Shown here piece after piece: positions 39,485 to 49,518 of a DNA stretch of 64,000 nt. The number at the start of each line of letters is the position of its first letter. Positions within the stretch are counted from its first letter, which is position 1. This stretch comes from Candidatus Latescibacterota bacterium. GTDB lineage: Bacteria > Latescibacterota > UBA2968 > GCA-2709665. A program made the translations under genes and the position numbers. The stretch lies in contig CBDCOX010000002.1 of the NCBI GenBank assembly GCA_965219995.1, positions 3,936,001 to 4,000,000 on the forward strand, given 5' to 3'. Under the pieces are notes generated by a model that was not told the DNA's origin, searched no databases, and worked only from the letters and a program-made list of their open reading frames with translations.

Positions 39485-41956
39485 ATGAAAACCGGATATC
39501 GATTCCAGCCTGGCCTCAGTTCGCGACGCTTCATTCCGTTCCTGCTGATTGGAGTTTGTGTATCGCCGGCGGCCGGTGCGCTTTCGGTGCGAGACTCGCT
39601 GCTCGCCGTTGGGGAGCGCCAGATGGACGGCCGCCAACACGACAAGGCCGTGGATACCCTGTCCCGGCTTGCCAAATCCTTTTCGGATGATGGGCATATC
39701 CTCACGCGCCTGGGGTACGCGCAATTGAGGATTCAGGAATTCGAGGCGGCCAAAGGTTCCTTTCAATCGGCCCTTAAGCTGGATGAGGACAATGCGGCCG
39801 CCCACGCGGGACTCGCGCTTTCCTACGCGGAGATTCCTGCCAAGGGGATCAGCGCCCTCCATAACTTCCGGCGGGCGGTCGGCGCCGCAAAGAAGGCCAT
39901 CGAACTGGATCCCGACCAGGCCGTCGCATACCGGGCACTGGGAGAGGCGCATGCGCGTTTCAAAGAGGACCACGAGAAGGCGCTCGGGTATTTCGAGACC
40001 TACCTGGAAAAGGAACCGGACGATCCGGACGGCCTCTATTATTTCGGCCTGGCGTGTATCGAGGCCGAAGCCTACGACAAGATCTCGGACTACATCATTC
40101 CCCACGTCGAGGCGCTCGTCGGGGAGACCCGGCTGCTTCCGATGATCGCGCAGGGATACTTCTTCGAGGAGAAGTACGAAGAAGCGCAGAAGTACTTCGA
40201 GCGTTTCCTCGAGCGTTCGAGCAAGGAGGAAAGGGACCTCTACACGGATATCTCAAATGCCGCTTCTTCCGAGGAACTTCGGGAATACGAAGCGCTGTTG
40301 GAGAAGTCAGACCGCGAGGCTTACGTGGAGCGGTTCTGGCTCCGGCGCGACCCCGATATGATGACCCGCGTCAACGAACGCGTCGTGGAACATTACAGGA
40401 GAGTCTGGTATGCGCGGGCATATTTTGCCGAGAAAGTCTCACCCTGGGATAAGCGCGGGGAAGTCTACATCCGATACGGGAAGCCGGACTACCGGTCGCG
40501 GTCCTATCAGCGCGACCTGACGCTCACACCCGACGTGGAGGCCGTCCGCATGCGCATGGCGGCCAGTCTCTACGGCGCCGAGGCGTCCTTCATGACGTTT
40601 ACCGGCCCGGTGTTTCCCATCCGGGCGTTTCGTCATCCCATCACCCGGCGTACGCTGGATGAGATGCATGGGTTCGGTGCCGCCGACCAACGCGACGCCA
40701 CGTTTCAGGAGGACGGCTTTACGACCAATACCGATGCCGCGGATGAGGAGGAATTTCAGGAACGGGACCTGGAGGCGACTCCGCTGACCGCGCCGCTCAC
40801 CCGGAGTGACTACGACGACCAGGACGGGGCGAGGTTTGATGAGTTCGGAAATCAGATCGCCCGGATCAAGTTCGGCGACTACATTCCCGTCACGATTCAC
40901 ACCGATATGGCCACTGTACCCTGGGAAACCTGGATCTATACCCAGATTCAGGGAGGCATCGAGATTGTGTTTACGGACGAGAACAAGAGCGGTGTTTTCA
41001 ATTTCGCCCCGATTCCACCCGTGACCGCCCTGGAAAGACAGATCGTCAATGTGACCCGCCTGGTCAGATACGCGCCCGAGATCATTTACCAGAATGCCAG
41101 GAACGAGACGCCCGACTACTACAGGCCGGGCGTCCATGGGCCCGCGCTGAATTTCTATTACGATCTCGCCAACTTCCAGGGTTCCGACGGGGAGACCAAC
41201 GTTGAAGTCTATTACGGCATTCCGCCCGGACAGGTGCAGATAGCCGAGCAGGCGGATTCCGCGCAGGTCCGCGTCCAGTGCGCGATGGCCCTGGCCGACG
41301 CCGCGCACACGACGATTTATCGGGACACACGGGAGTTCAACTACGAAGGACGGGCTGACTTCGAGAGGGTCAGAGGCGCATTTCTGCCCGAAATGCTCAA
41401 AACCGGTGTGCCGCCCGGCAAATACGAACTCCAGGTGCAGATCAAGGACCTGGCGTCGGGGCACACCGGACTCTACAAGCAGGCTGTCGAGGTTCCCGAC
41501 TATAACGTCGCGAAGCTCAAGATCAGCGATATCCTTCTGGCTTCGGACATTCGCGAAACGGGCTCGGCAGGCAAGTTCAAGAAGGGCGACATCCGGGTCG
41601 TCCCGATGCCCACGAGGAATTACAGGGAGGCGCAGAAGGTATACGCCTACTACGAAATCTACAACCTCGAAAAGAACCGTTTCGGGCAGACCGATTACGA
41701 GGTGCAATACGTCGTCCGAAACGTCGTCGGGCGGTCGGAAGGCGTCGTTGGCGCCATCTCTTCGCTCTTCAAGCGCAGGAAGACGCAGGTGTCGGTTGCG
41801 TACGACCACGCGGGAACCGTCACCACCGAACAGCAGTACTTTGAAATCGACCTGGACAAGGCCAAGCCTGGAGTGCAGGTCCTGGAGGTGAAGATCAGGG
41901 ACAGGGTCAGCGGAACCAGCGACACCCGCGAGATTCAATTCCGCTACGGGATCTGA
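39485..41956 (+). CDS. TPR + GWxTD-domain protein
   Basis: N-terminal TPRs; FWLRRDP...NE...EHYRR...WDKRGEVYIRYGKPD; WETWIY; C-terminal Ig-like region with YYEIYNL. Confidence 0.85.
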   Translation: MKTGYRFQPGLSSRRFIPFLLIGVCVSPAAGALSVRDSLLAVGERQMDGRQHDKAVDTLSRLAKSFSDDGHILTRLGYAQLRIQEFEAAKGSFQSALKLDEDNAAAHAGLALSYAEIPAKGISALHNFRRAVGAAKKAIELDPDQAVAYRALGEAHARFKEDHEKALGYFETYLEKEPDDPDGLYYFGLACIEAEAYDKISDYIIPHVEALVGETRLLPMIAQGYFFEEKYEEAQKYFERFLERSSKEERDLYTDISNAASSEELREYEALLEKSDREAYVERFWLRRDPDMMTRVNERVVEHYRRVWYARAYFAEKVSPWDKRGEVYIRYGKPDYRSRSYQRDLTLTPDVEAVRMRMAASLYGAEASFMTFTGPVFPIRAFRHPITRRTLDEMHGFGAADQRDATFQEDGFTTNTDAADEEEFQERDLEATPLTAPLTRSDYDDQDGARFDEFGNQIARIKFGDYIPVTIHTDMATVPWETWIYTQIQGGIEIVFTDENKSGVFNFAPIPPVTALERQIVNVTRLVRYAPEIIYQNARNETPDYYRPGVHGPALNFYYDLANFQGSDGETNVEVYYGIPPGQVQIAEQADSAQVRVQCAMALADAAHTTIYRDTREFNYEGRADFERVRGAFLPEMLKTGVPPGKYELQVQIKDLASGHTGLYKQAVEVPDYNVAKLKISDILLASDIRETGSAGKFKKGDIRVVPMPTRNYREAQKVYAYYEIYNLEKNRFGQTDYEVQYVVRNVVGRSEGVVGAISSLFKRRKTQVSVAYDHAGTVTTEQQYFEIDLDKAKPGVQVLEVKIRDRVSGTSDTREIQFRYGI

Positions 41957-41983
41957 GACAACGGGCTGTCAAGGGAGGAACGC

Positions 41984-42013
41984 AATCAGGGCGCAGTACG
42001 CTGCGCCCTGATT
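41984..42013 (+). terminator. Perfect 13-bp hairpin ending the outer-membrane operon
   Basis: AATCAGGGCGCAG-tacg-CTGCGCCCTGATT, 27 bp after the GWxTD stop; the U-tract is weak. Confidence 0.65.
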
Positions 42014-42095
42014 CTATCTGTGCCTCTTGCGACAATTGACGTCAGGCATGAATTCTTCGTTTTTTCAATTGCGGCTTTCGTAGTTTCTGAAGTTG

Positions 42096-42157
42096 GTTTT
42101 CTCGTGCCTTTGTCGCGCTTTTTGGTTTTCATCCTGTCCATCCTGTCCATCCATGTT
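42096..42157. repeat. Dispersed repeat family C, copy 2
   Basis: Reverse complement of 13813-13874 with 5 mismatches. Confidence 0.9.
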
Positions 42158-42212
42158 TGTTACGTTTCATGAACGAATGGGGCTAAGTCGCTTCTCACGG
42201 AGGTACCGGGCA

Positions 42213-43193
42213 ATGAGCGAACTTCGCGCGGGACTGATCGGATGCGGCGCGATTGGCGGCGTGCATAGCGAGGCTGTCGTCGGCCTCGAGGGCATCCGCA
42301 TGGCGGCGTTTTGCGACGTGGTTGAAGAGAAGGCGCGTACCCTTTGTGCGCGCTATGGCGGGGATTACGCCACCGGCGATGCCGGCCGCGTCCTGTCGGA
42401 CGACTCGCTGGATACCGTCTACATCTGTACCCACCACGACACCCATGCCGACTACTGTATCCGGGCGGCGGAAGCAGGAAAGAACGTACTGGTGGAGAAG
42501 CCGCTCGCGCTGACGGTTGAGGACTGCCGGAGGATCGGCGATGCGGTCGAGCGGGAGGGGATCAGGCTTTTTACGGCCTTCAAGATGCGGTACTATCCGA
42601 TGGTACAGAAGGCCCGGGAACTGATCCCGGAGCCGTTGATGGTGGTGATGCAGATGATGGACAACCGATGGGGGAAAACCTGGGCGAACGATCCGGTCCT
42701 GGGGGGCGGTAACGTATACAGCCAGGGATGTCATTCGTGCGACCTCCTCAGGTACGTGGCCGGTTCGGACCCGGAGGAGGTGTACGCGGCGGGCGGGAAC
42801 TACTACCAGCCCAACGGCCGGCTGGACAATCTGACCGCCACGTTCAGGTTCGAGAGTGGCTCAGCCGGATGCTGGATCCAGGGAGATGCCAACCAACCGG
42901 TGCTCACGAGCAAGTTATTCATGGAGATTTTTTCGGAAAACCGCTCTGTGCTGCTCACGGACCGTTTCTGCACGCTCACGTATACGGAGACCGGCAAGGA
43001 ACCGGTGGTCTATCGCGGCGAAGAGGGTGGGTTCGTGGAGGAGAACCGGCTGTTCGTCGAAGCGTTGCAGACGGGGGCGCCCATGGCCGCGGACCACGTG
43101 GACGGGCTGATGGCCACGCTGATGATGATCCAGGCCGGACGCAGCGTGGAGAGCAGACGGCCCGAGCCCGTCGCGTCGCTTGCCAGGGTCTGA
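42213..43193 (+). CDS. Gfo/Idh/MocA family oxidoreductase
   Basis: GLIGCGAIG, YICTHHDTH, VEKPLA, GGG...GCHSCD. Confidence 0.92.
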   Translation: MSELRAGLIGCGAIGGVHSEAVVGLEGIRMAAFCDVVEEKARTLCARYGGDYATGDAGRVLSDDSLDTVYICTHHDTHADYCIRAAEAGKNVLVEKPLALTVEDCRRIGDAVEREGIRLFTAFKMRYYPMVQKARELIPEPLMVVMQMMDNRWGKTWANDPVLGGGNVYSQGCHSCDLLRYVAGSDPEEVYAAGGNYYQPNGRLDNLTATFRFESGSAGCWIQGDANQPVLTSKLFMEIFSENRSVLLTDRFCTLTYTETGKEPVVYRGEEGGFVEENRLFVEALQTGAPMAADHVDGLMATLMMIQAGRSVESRRPEPVASLARV

Positions 43194-43254
43194 TGCGGCC
43201 GCGCGGTACGCGGTTTTCTCGCCATTATCACTGGAAACATAGAGAGGGAACGCC

Positions 43255-45597
43255 ATGAAGGAACACAGACATCCGCACCCGCACAAGGATCCGCGCCAGC
43301 CCGGGGACGGCGCCAGGCCCGGGACGAACCCTCCGGTCTTTGCGTGGCTGCCAATAGAGGACGCGGACGGGTATCGGCTCGAGGTGGCGCGGGATTCTTC
43401 GTTTGAGAACACCTGTCTGGACATAGGCGGACTACAGGAGTCTCTTTACCTTCCCGAGAAGGCTCTGGATCCCGGGATGTATTTCTGGAGGTGGTCCCTG
43501 GATTCCGGCGCAACGTCCGAGGTCTTCGCGTTTGAGATCGAGCCGGAGGCCGTCGTGGTGGAGGTGCCTCCGGCAGCCGAATGGCTGAAAGGATTCCCGG
43601 CGGAACACCCGCGAATCTATGTGCGACCCGAGGAATTGCCCGCGCTCCGCTCTTCGGCCGCCGGCGAGCAGGCTCAGGCGTGGGCGCGTCTGCGAGAGAG
43701 CGCTGAGGCCGTGTTGGCCGAACCGCATGAAATCGAGGAGCCGCCTTTTCTCCCGAACAGGAGCGAGAACTATCAGAAATACCACGAGACATGGGCGCCG
43801 ATCATGTGGAATTCCAGGCGTTTCGTGAAGGGCGCCGAGACCCTGGGGCTGGCCTATCTCGTCAGTGGCGAGGATGTCTTCGCCCGCGCCGCGTGCAGGA
43901 GGATGGCGTCCATATCCCGCTGGGACCCGGAGGGGTCCAGCCATCTCCCCCACAATGACGAAGCCCACATGTCGGTGATCTGGAACGGCTCGAACGCGTG
44001 CGACTGGGTGTGGGACCGGTTTACGGAGCAGGAACGCGAGGCCGTTGTGACGCAGTTCCGGCGGCGCGGGCAGATTACGTTCGACCATATGCACAACAGG
44101 GGGTCCTACGGGGTGACGCGTTTCGACTCGCACGCGGGACGCGAGATCGTGTTTCTGGCGCACATCGCACTCGTGTTTCACGAGCACATTCCCGAGGCGC
44201 AGACGTGGCTGGAGTGGCTCAGGCCGGTGCTGTGCGGCATCTGGCCGATCTGGTCGGGCGACGACGGTGCGTGGGCGGAAGGCCCTTCCTACGGCTTGGC
44301 TTATGTGACGATCATGTCCATGTTCGCCACCGCGCTGAAACGGGGTATCGGCGTGGACCTGTACCGGAGACCCTTCTGGAAGAACCACGCCCGGTGGCGC
44401 CAGTATTGTCTGCCGCCCTACGCGGAATGGATGGGATTCGGCGACCATACGGAACGGTGGGCCGGCACCTGGCGGTCGAACGCGGATCTGGTGGACCTGA
44501 TCGGACACGAGACGGACACGTGCGAGTTCACGGAATACGTGAAGGCGTTCCGGGCGGAGGCTGAGGAGATGCAGACGCCGGCGGAACGGCGAAGCTCCGG
44601 CGTCCTGTCACAACTCTATCTTGCAGGGCCCGAACAGACGCGGCCGCCTTCGGACACGGACGGAACGAACCTGCGCGTGTTCCCGGCCGCGGGCTGGGCC
44701 GCGGTCCGGACGCATCTGAACGATCCCGCGCGGGATATCGCGATGATCTTCCGGTCATCCCCGCTGGGCGCAATCAGCCATTCCCACGCGAACAACAACG
44801 ACTTCATTCTGCACGCGGGCGGCAAAGTGATGGCGATGCCCAGCGGTTATTACATCGGGTACGGATCGGACCATCACACGCACTGGGTGTGGCACACCAA
44901 ATCTCACAACTGCGTGACCCTTTCGGACGCGTCGCAGATTATGCGGTCCCACGATTCACTGGGAAGCATCGGGAACGCCTTCGAGGACGAACGGCTCGTC
45001 TACTTTGCGGGCATCGCGGACGCCAGTTACAGCGACCGTGCAAGTCGCTGCCGGCGGCACGTGTTTTTTCTGAAGAAGCAGAGCTGTTTCGTGATGGTCG
45101 ACGAGTTCGTCGCGGTACCGGGCATCGATTCGGCGCTCCAGTGGAATATCCACTCATGGAACGGTTTTTCGGTGGATGAGGAGGCAAGGACCTTCCTGCT
45201 GGAGCGCGAAGGGAGTTCCCTCGAAGGGCACTTCATGTACCACAACAACGCGTTCTTCTCTCTGAGCGAGGGATGGGACCCGCCGCCGATGCGGACCGGG
45301 AAGGATGAATCGCAGTGGGGCCAGCAGTACCACCTGCGCTTCACGCCCTCCGGTCTGGTAGGCCGCAGGAACCTGGGGGTTGTGTTGTGCCCCGGCCACG
45401 GATCGCTTGACAGGGCGGAAGTACAGACCTGGCGATCGGGTGAAACCGAGGCGGCACGGATCGGAGACGACCTTGTGCTGGTGGGCGGTGGGGACGGCGT
45501 GTCTTACGGCGAGCATCGCTCGGCCGGGCTGGCGTTGCTGGTCGTCCGGGGCCACACGTATGAACTTGGCGATGGCGGCGTGGTGGCAGGACGGTAA
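43255..45597 (+). CDS. DUF4962 + heparinase II/III-like protein (oligo-uronate lyase-like)
   Basis: NPPVFAW, HPRIY, DSH, DGAWAEGPSYG, GFGD, SHSHANNN, TKSHN; no signal peptide. Confidence 0.82.
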   Translation: MKEHRHPHPHKDPRQPGDGARPGTNPPVFAWLPIEDADGYRLEVARDSSFENTCLDIGGLQESLYLPEKALDPGMYFWRWSLDSGATSEVFAFEIEPEAVVVEVPPAAEWLKGFPAEHPRIYVRPEELPALRSSAAGEQAQAWARLRESAEAVLAEPHEIEEPPFLPNRSENYQKYHETWAPIMWNSRRFVKGAETLGLAYLVSGEDVFARAACRRMASISRWDPEGSSHLPHNDEAHMSVIWNGSNACDWVWDRFTEQEREAVVTQFRRRGQITFDHMHNRGSYGVTRFDSHAGREIVFLAHIALVFHEHIPEAQTWLEWLRPVLCGIWPIWSGDDGAWAEGPSYGLAYVTIMSMFATALKRGIGVDLYRRPFWKNHARWRQYCLPPYAEWMGFGDHTERWAGTWRSNADLVDLIGHETDTCEFTEYVKAFRAEAEEMQTPAERRSSGVLSQLYLAGPEQTRPPSDTDGTNLRVFPAAGWAAVRTHLNDPARDIAMIFRSSPLGAISHSHANNNDFILHAGGKVMAMPSGYYIGYGSDHHTHWVWHTKSHNCVTLSDASQIMRSHDSLGSIGNAFEDERLVYFAGIADASYSDRASRCRRHVFFLKKQSCFVMVDEFVAVPGIDSALQWNIHSWNGFSVDEEARTFLLEREGSSLEGHFMYHNNAFFSLSEGWDPPPMRTGKDESQWGQQYHLRFTPSGLVGRRNLGVVLCPGHGSLDRAEVQTWRSGETEAARIGDDLVLVGGGDGVSYGEHRSAGLALLVVRGHTYELGDGGVVAGR

Positions 45598-45677
45598 ATG
45601 CAGGCCATCGTCAGGCGAACCTTGACAGAAATCCGATAAACATACCCGCATGAGGGTGCTGTAGCGAGGAGAGTCCC

Positions 45678-48600
45678 GTGAAGAACGGACCGGTGGGCCT
45701 GAAGGTGGAAGCGCTGAAAGCCATGTGTCTCGATACGGCGCTGGTGGTCGACGGCGAGCCGCAGGCGACCATTGTCATCGGCGGGGATGGTGCGCACGCG
45801 CGGCATGCAGATAGAATCGTCGAGCGGGTGAAGTCGGCGACGGGCGCGCGCCTGGACGTGGTCACGGCGGTAGACGCGGATGCCGGAATGCTGCGGAAGG
45901 GGCACGTGGTGGTGCTGGGAAATATGGCTGACAACGCCTTTATCCGGTGGCTGTATTACCAGTGGTGGGCCGTCGAGGACCGCTGTTATCCCGGTATGGG
46001 CGGGTACGCGCTGCGGACGCTGCACAACCCTCTGGGGAATGGCAGCAACGTGGTGCTGCTGGGGGCCAGCGACGAAACCGGGCTGGAGCGAGTGGTGTCG
46101 CGTTTTGCGACGCTTGTGCCCGATGAGAAGACGTTCGTCCTGGCGCGGTTGATGGAAATCCGGCTCGGTCCTGAATTCGACGCATTCGGCCGTCCGCCGG
46201 AGGGATGGCTGCAGGAGCGGCGGGAGGACTTCACCGCGCGCGCAACCGCCCCGCACGCATCCGAGTCGGGCGCGGGCTTCCAGTTTATTTCGGAGGCGGG
46301 CGCGTACGGGCTGATGTATCATCGGACCGGATACGAGGCGTATGCGGCCGCCGTTCGGGAAATCGCGGAAGCGCATTTGAAGATGGGCGAGTTCGGGGTG
46401 ATGGCGCACTTTCACGTCTGGTGGCTGGCCGCGGTGTGGGACCTGATCGAGGAGAGCCCCGTGTTCTCGGACGAGGACCGGCTGAGGATCACGCAATACC
46501 TGCTGTGGATCATGGATTCCACCGAGGGGGCGTATACCCGGTTCTTCCGTGAGGGCGTGGGGCACCGGATGGTCCGGCAGAACCACCAGACGCTGGTGGC
46601 GCTGGCGGCGTGGTTCGGCGGGCGGTATTTCTCGACGCACTACGGCTTCGAGGAGGCGGAGGAGTGGATGGCCGCGTCCGCGGACGTGTTCAAGGGGCAG
46701 GCGGTGTCGTTCAAACCGATCGAGGATGCCAACGCCTATCAGTGGATGACGCTGGACCACATCCTGACCTATACGCTGGCGAGCGGGGATACCACATATA
46801 TTGACAACGGAAACTGCAGGCGGTCTCAGGACCAGGCGGTGCATTACTGCAACAACCGGGGCGCCCTTCCGGCGTTTGGAGATACCGGGGCTCCGATGGA
46901 AGGTTACCCGACGAATTTCCTGGTAAAGGCGGGGCATGTATTGCAGGACGGCCGCGCGGCGTTCCTGCTGGGCAAACGGTTCGGCAGACCGTCGGACTAT
47001 TTTCGGCCGCAGCCGCCGGGTGAGCGTTACGAGTCCGTAAGCGATCCATTGCTGGTAAGGAGCTTTGAAAAGTATTTCTGCGACGGGCTGGCGCCGGAGA
47101 TCCCCGTGGAGATGGCCGGGGTACAGGTGCTGGAGGTCGCGGGCGGGTTCTACGATCTCGCGGAAGACCCGAAGGCGAGGCCGCGCGAAGTGAAGCCGCT
47201 GAATCTGCGAAGGGAAGAGGCGTTCGACACCATCTGTTTCCGGGAGGGGTTCGACCGGGAGGACCAGTACCTGATGCTGCACGGGATCTTCTACGGCAAC
47301 CACAGCCACGAAGACGGGAATACCATCGCGGAGTTTTCGGCCAACGACCGGATCTTCCTGGTGGATGCATCTTATACCGAAGGGCCGACGCTCAAGCACC
47401 ACAATGGCGTGACGGCGGTGCGTAATGGCGAGGCGTGGGACGTGCCCGCGCTCTGCCGGCTGGAGGGCGCGGCGGATCTGGACCGTGTGGGCATGAGCCG
47501 GACGTCCGTGGAAGGAGATTGGGGCGCAACGTGGGTCCGGAACGTGGTGTGGCGCAGGGGGCGCTGTTTTCTGGTGCTGGACGAGGTAGAAGCGACACAG
47601 GCCGGCGCGTTCGCGCTTCAGTGCCACTGGCGCACATTGGGGACGCCGGTTTTAAAGGATGGAACGCTGGAGGCGGCGCAGCGAGACCCGGAAAGCGGGC
47701 GGGAAGACCGGTTTGTGCTGCAGAGCGCGGGCGAAGGCCGGATGTCGCTGGAGCGTGACTGGGAGAATTTCGGCCACTGGTGGGATTCGTACCCCTATGC
47801 CGACAATTACGTGAATGTTCTGCGCGAGTCGGCCAACCGGGAGATGGCGGTGGGAGACCGGCACACGTTTCTCAATCTGTTCTATGCCACCAACCCGGAG
47901 AAACCCGTGGACGACCGGATGCGCCGCGTGGGCGAATCGGCCGTTGTGGTCGACGGGTCGGACGGCCGGATCGTGGCGGGGACCGGGGGCGGAGACGGTG
48001 CGTTCGAGGTCGGGCCTCTTTCCGGCCGCGCGGAAATCTTCGCGGCCGGCGACGGGTGGTTTGCGCTGTGCAACGGGACATCGCTGGGTTCGGAAGATGC
48101 GACGTTTGAAAGCGAACACCCCGTTTCGATCGAGTTCGACCTGGATGCGGGAGAGGGCGTGGTTGTGGCGTCCGAACCTGCCGAGATCTCCCTGTGTGGA
48201 GAGCGGATCCGCGTTGCGGCCGGGAGGCAGCGGGTGGAGGCGCGCAAGCCCGGGGCGGTTGTCCTGTCGCTGGGCGGGGTCGCAGACCTGCCCGTTCACG
48301 AGGCGGGCATTCCGGGACGTGCACGTACGGCGTCCGCTCCGGGATTGCGCGTGGTCTGGACGAACGACGCGGGTTCCGGCGTGCGCTGCGCCTCAGCGGG
48401 CGCGGACGGGGTGGTCCTGGGAACAGAAGACGGACGGGTCCTGGCGCTGGACGAGAACGGGAAGCCGGCCTGGTTCTTCCAGGCGGATGGGCCCGTGCTT
48501 TCGGTGTGTCCCGTGGATCTGGACGGGCGGCGCTGCGTGATTGCGGGCGCCGACGACCGTCGTCTCTATCTGCTCGAGGAAGGCGGGGACGCGCGGTGGT

Positions 48601-49415
48601 CGCGCGAATTTGAGATCTACAGGGGAACATGGGACCGATACGCCCGGAATTCCGCGGTGGAGTTCGTAACGGCGGCGGACCTGCGCGGCGACGGCCGGAC
48701 GGATATCCTTGCGGCCGTCGCGGACCGGCAACTCCACTGCTTTGACGCCGACGGCGACGAACGCTGGAGTTTTATGATCTACGGGATATTCGCGCCGCTT
48801 CGCGTGGCGGATATCAACGGAGACGGCCGGCGGGAGGTGATTGGCGGCCCGGGCCGGATCACCTGCGGGGGGACCTGTTACGTGCTGGACGCGGACGGCC
48901 GCGAGGTCGCCGGCAACGGGCTGGACGGGTGGGCGTCAATGATGCCCGCGTGCGACGTTTGGGTGCGGGAGGAAGACCACCTTATCGTTTGCGGGACGAA
49001 CCGGTCGCACGTCTTCGGGTTGAAACTGGAGGGCAATCGACTGGCGACGCTGTGGAAGCAGCGGGTAGGCGAGGAAGTCAACGCGGTGTGCGCGGTTGAC
49101 GTGGATGGGGACGACAGGCCGGAGGTCGTGGTCGGGTCGGACTGCTTTTATCTTTACTTGCTGGATGAGCACGGTACGGAGCGCTGGAGGCGAAACCTGG
49201 GCGCTCCCGTGCAACAGGTGATGGTTGCCGACCTGAACGGAAGCGCCAATATCGTGGCGGGGTGTGCGGATGGGGCTGTTTGGGTCCTGGACGGGGAGGG
49301 CGCGACGGTTGCGAGCCATTCAGCGAATGGCGTGATTCACGTGCTGGCCGCTGACGACCGGGGGCATCTGATGCTCGGCGGGGCGGATGGGACGCTTACG
49401 GTGATGGGGACGTGA
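45678..49415 (+). CDS. Large heparinase II/III-like protein with C-terminal PQQ/FG-GAP beta-propeller
   Basis: QNHQ, EDANAYQW, PAFGD, NHSHEDGN, HNGV; C-terminal DLxGDGRxDI repeats and W-x-F propeller motifs. Confidence 0.7.
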   Translation: MKNGPVGLKVEALKAMCLDTALVVDGEPQATIVIGGDGAHARHADRIVERVKSATGARLDVVTAVDADAGMLRKGHVVVLGNMADNAFIRWLYYQWWAVEDRCYPGMGGYALRTLHNPLGNGSNVVLLGASDETGLERVVSRFATLVPDEKTFVLARLMEIRLGPEFDAFGRPPEGWLQERREDFTARATAPHASESGAGFQFISEAGAYGLMYHRTGYEAYAAAVREIAEAHLKMGEFGVMAHFHVWWLAAVWDLIEESPVFSDEDRLRITQYLLWIMDSTEGAYTRFFREGVGHRMVRQNHQTLVALAAWFGGRYFSTHYGFEEAEEWMAASADVFKGQAVSFKPIEDANAYQWMTLDHILTYTLASGDTTYIDNGNCRRSQDQAVHYCNNRGALPAFGDTGAPMEGYPTNFLVKAGHVLQDGRAAFLLGKRFGRPSDYFRPQPPGERYESVSDPLLVRSFEKYFCDGLAPEIPVEMAGVQVLEVAGGFYDLAEDPKARPREVKPLNLRREEAFDTICFREGFDREDQYLMLHGIFYGNHSHEDGNTIAEFSANDRIFLVDASYTEGPTLKHHNGVTAVRNGEAWDVPALCRLEGAADLDRVGMSRTSVEGDWGATWVRNVVWRRGRCFLVLDEVEATQAGAFALQCHWRTLGTPVLKDGTLEAAQRDPESGREDRFVLQSAGEGRMSLERDWENFGHWWDSYPYADNYVNVLRESANREMAVGDRHTFLNLFYATNPEKPVDDRMRRVGESAVVVDGSDGRIVAGTGGGDGAFEVGPLSGRAEIFAAGDGWFALCNGTSLGSEDATFESEHPVSIEFDLDAGEGVVVASEPAEISLCGERIRVAAGRQRVEARKPGAVVLSLGGVADLPVHEAGIPGRARTASAPGLRVVWTNDAGSGVRCASAGADGVVLGTEDGRVLALDENGKPAWFFQADGPVLSVCPVDLDGRRCVIAGADDRRLYLLEEGGDARWSREFEIYRGTWDRYARNSAVEFVTAADLRGDGRTDILAAVADRQLHCFDADGDERWSFMIYGIFAPLRVADINGDGRREVIGGPGRITCGGTCYVLDADGREVAGNGLDGWASMMPACDVWVREEDHLIVCGTNRSHVFGLKLEGNRLATLWKQRVGEEVNAVCAVDVDGDDRPEVVVGSDCFYLYLLDEHGTERWRRNLGAPVQQVMVADLNGSANIVAGCADGAVWVLDGEGATVASHSANGVIHVLAADDRGHLMLGGADGTLTVMGT

Positions 49416-49518
49416 GGAAGATTCGATTATCGCGTTCTCCACGAAGTTATCGCGGTCAGTGGCAGGAAACAGGACACAGTTGGCTTCGGGGTCGGAGCAC
49501 GGCGAGGGAGCCGAAGTG

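Noticed and set aside
45622-45650. TTGACA upstream of the 45678 gene as a promoter
   Set aside because: No acceptable -10 element at 16-18 bp spacing.
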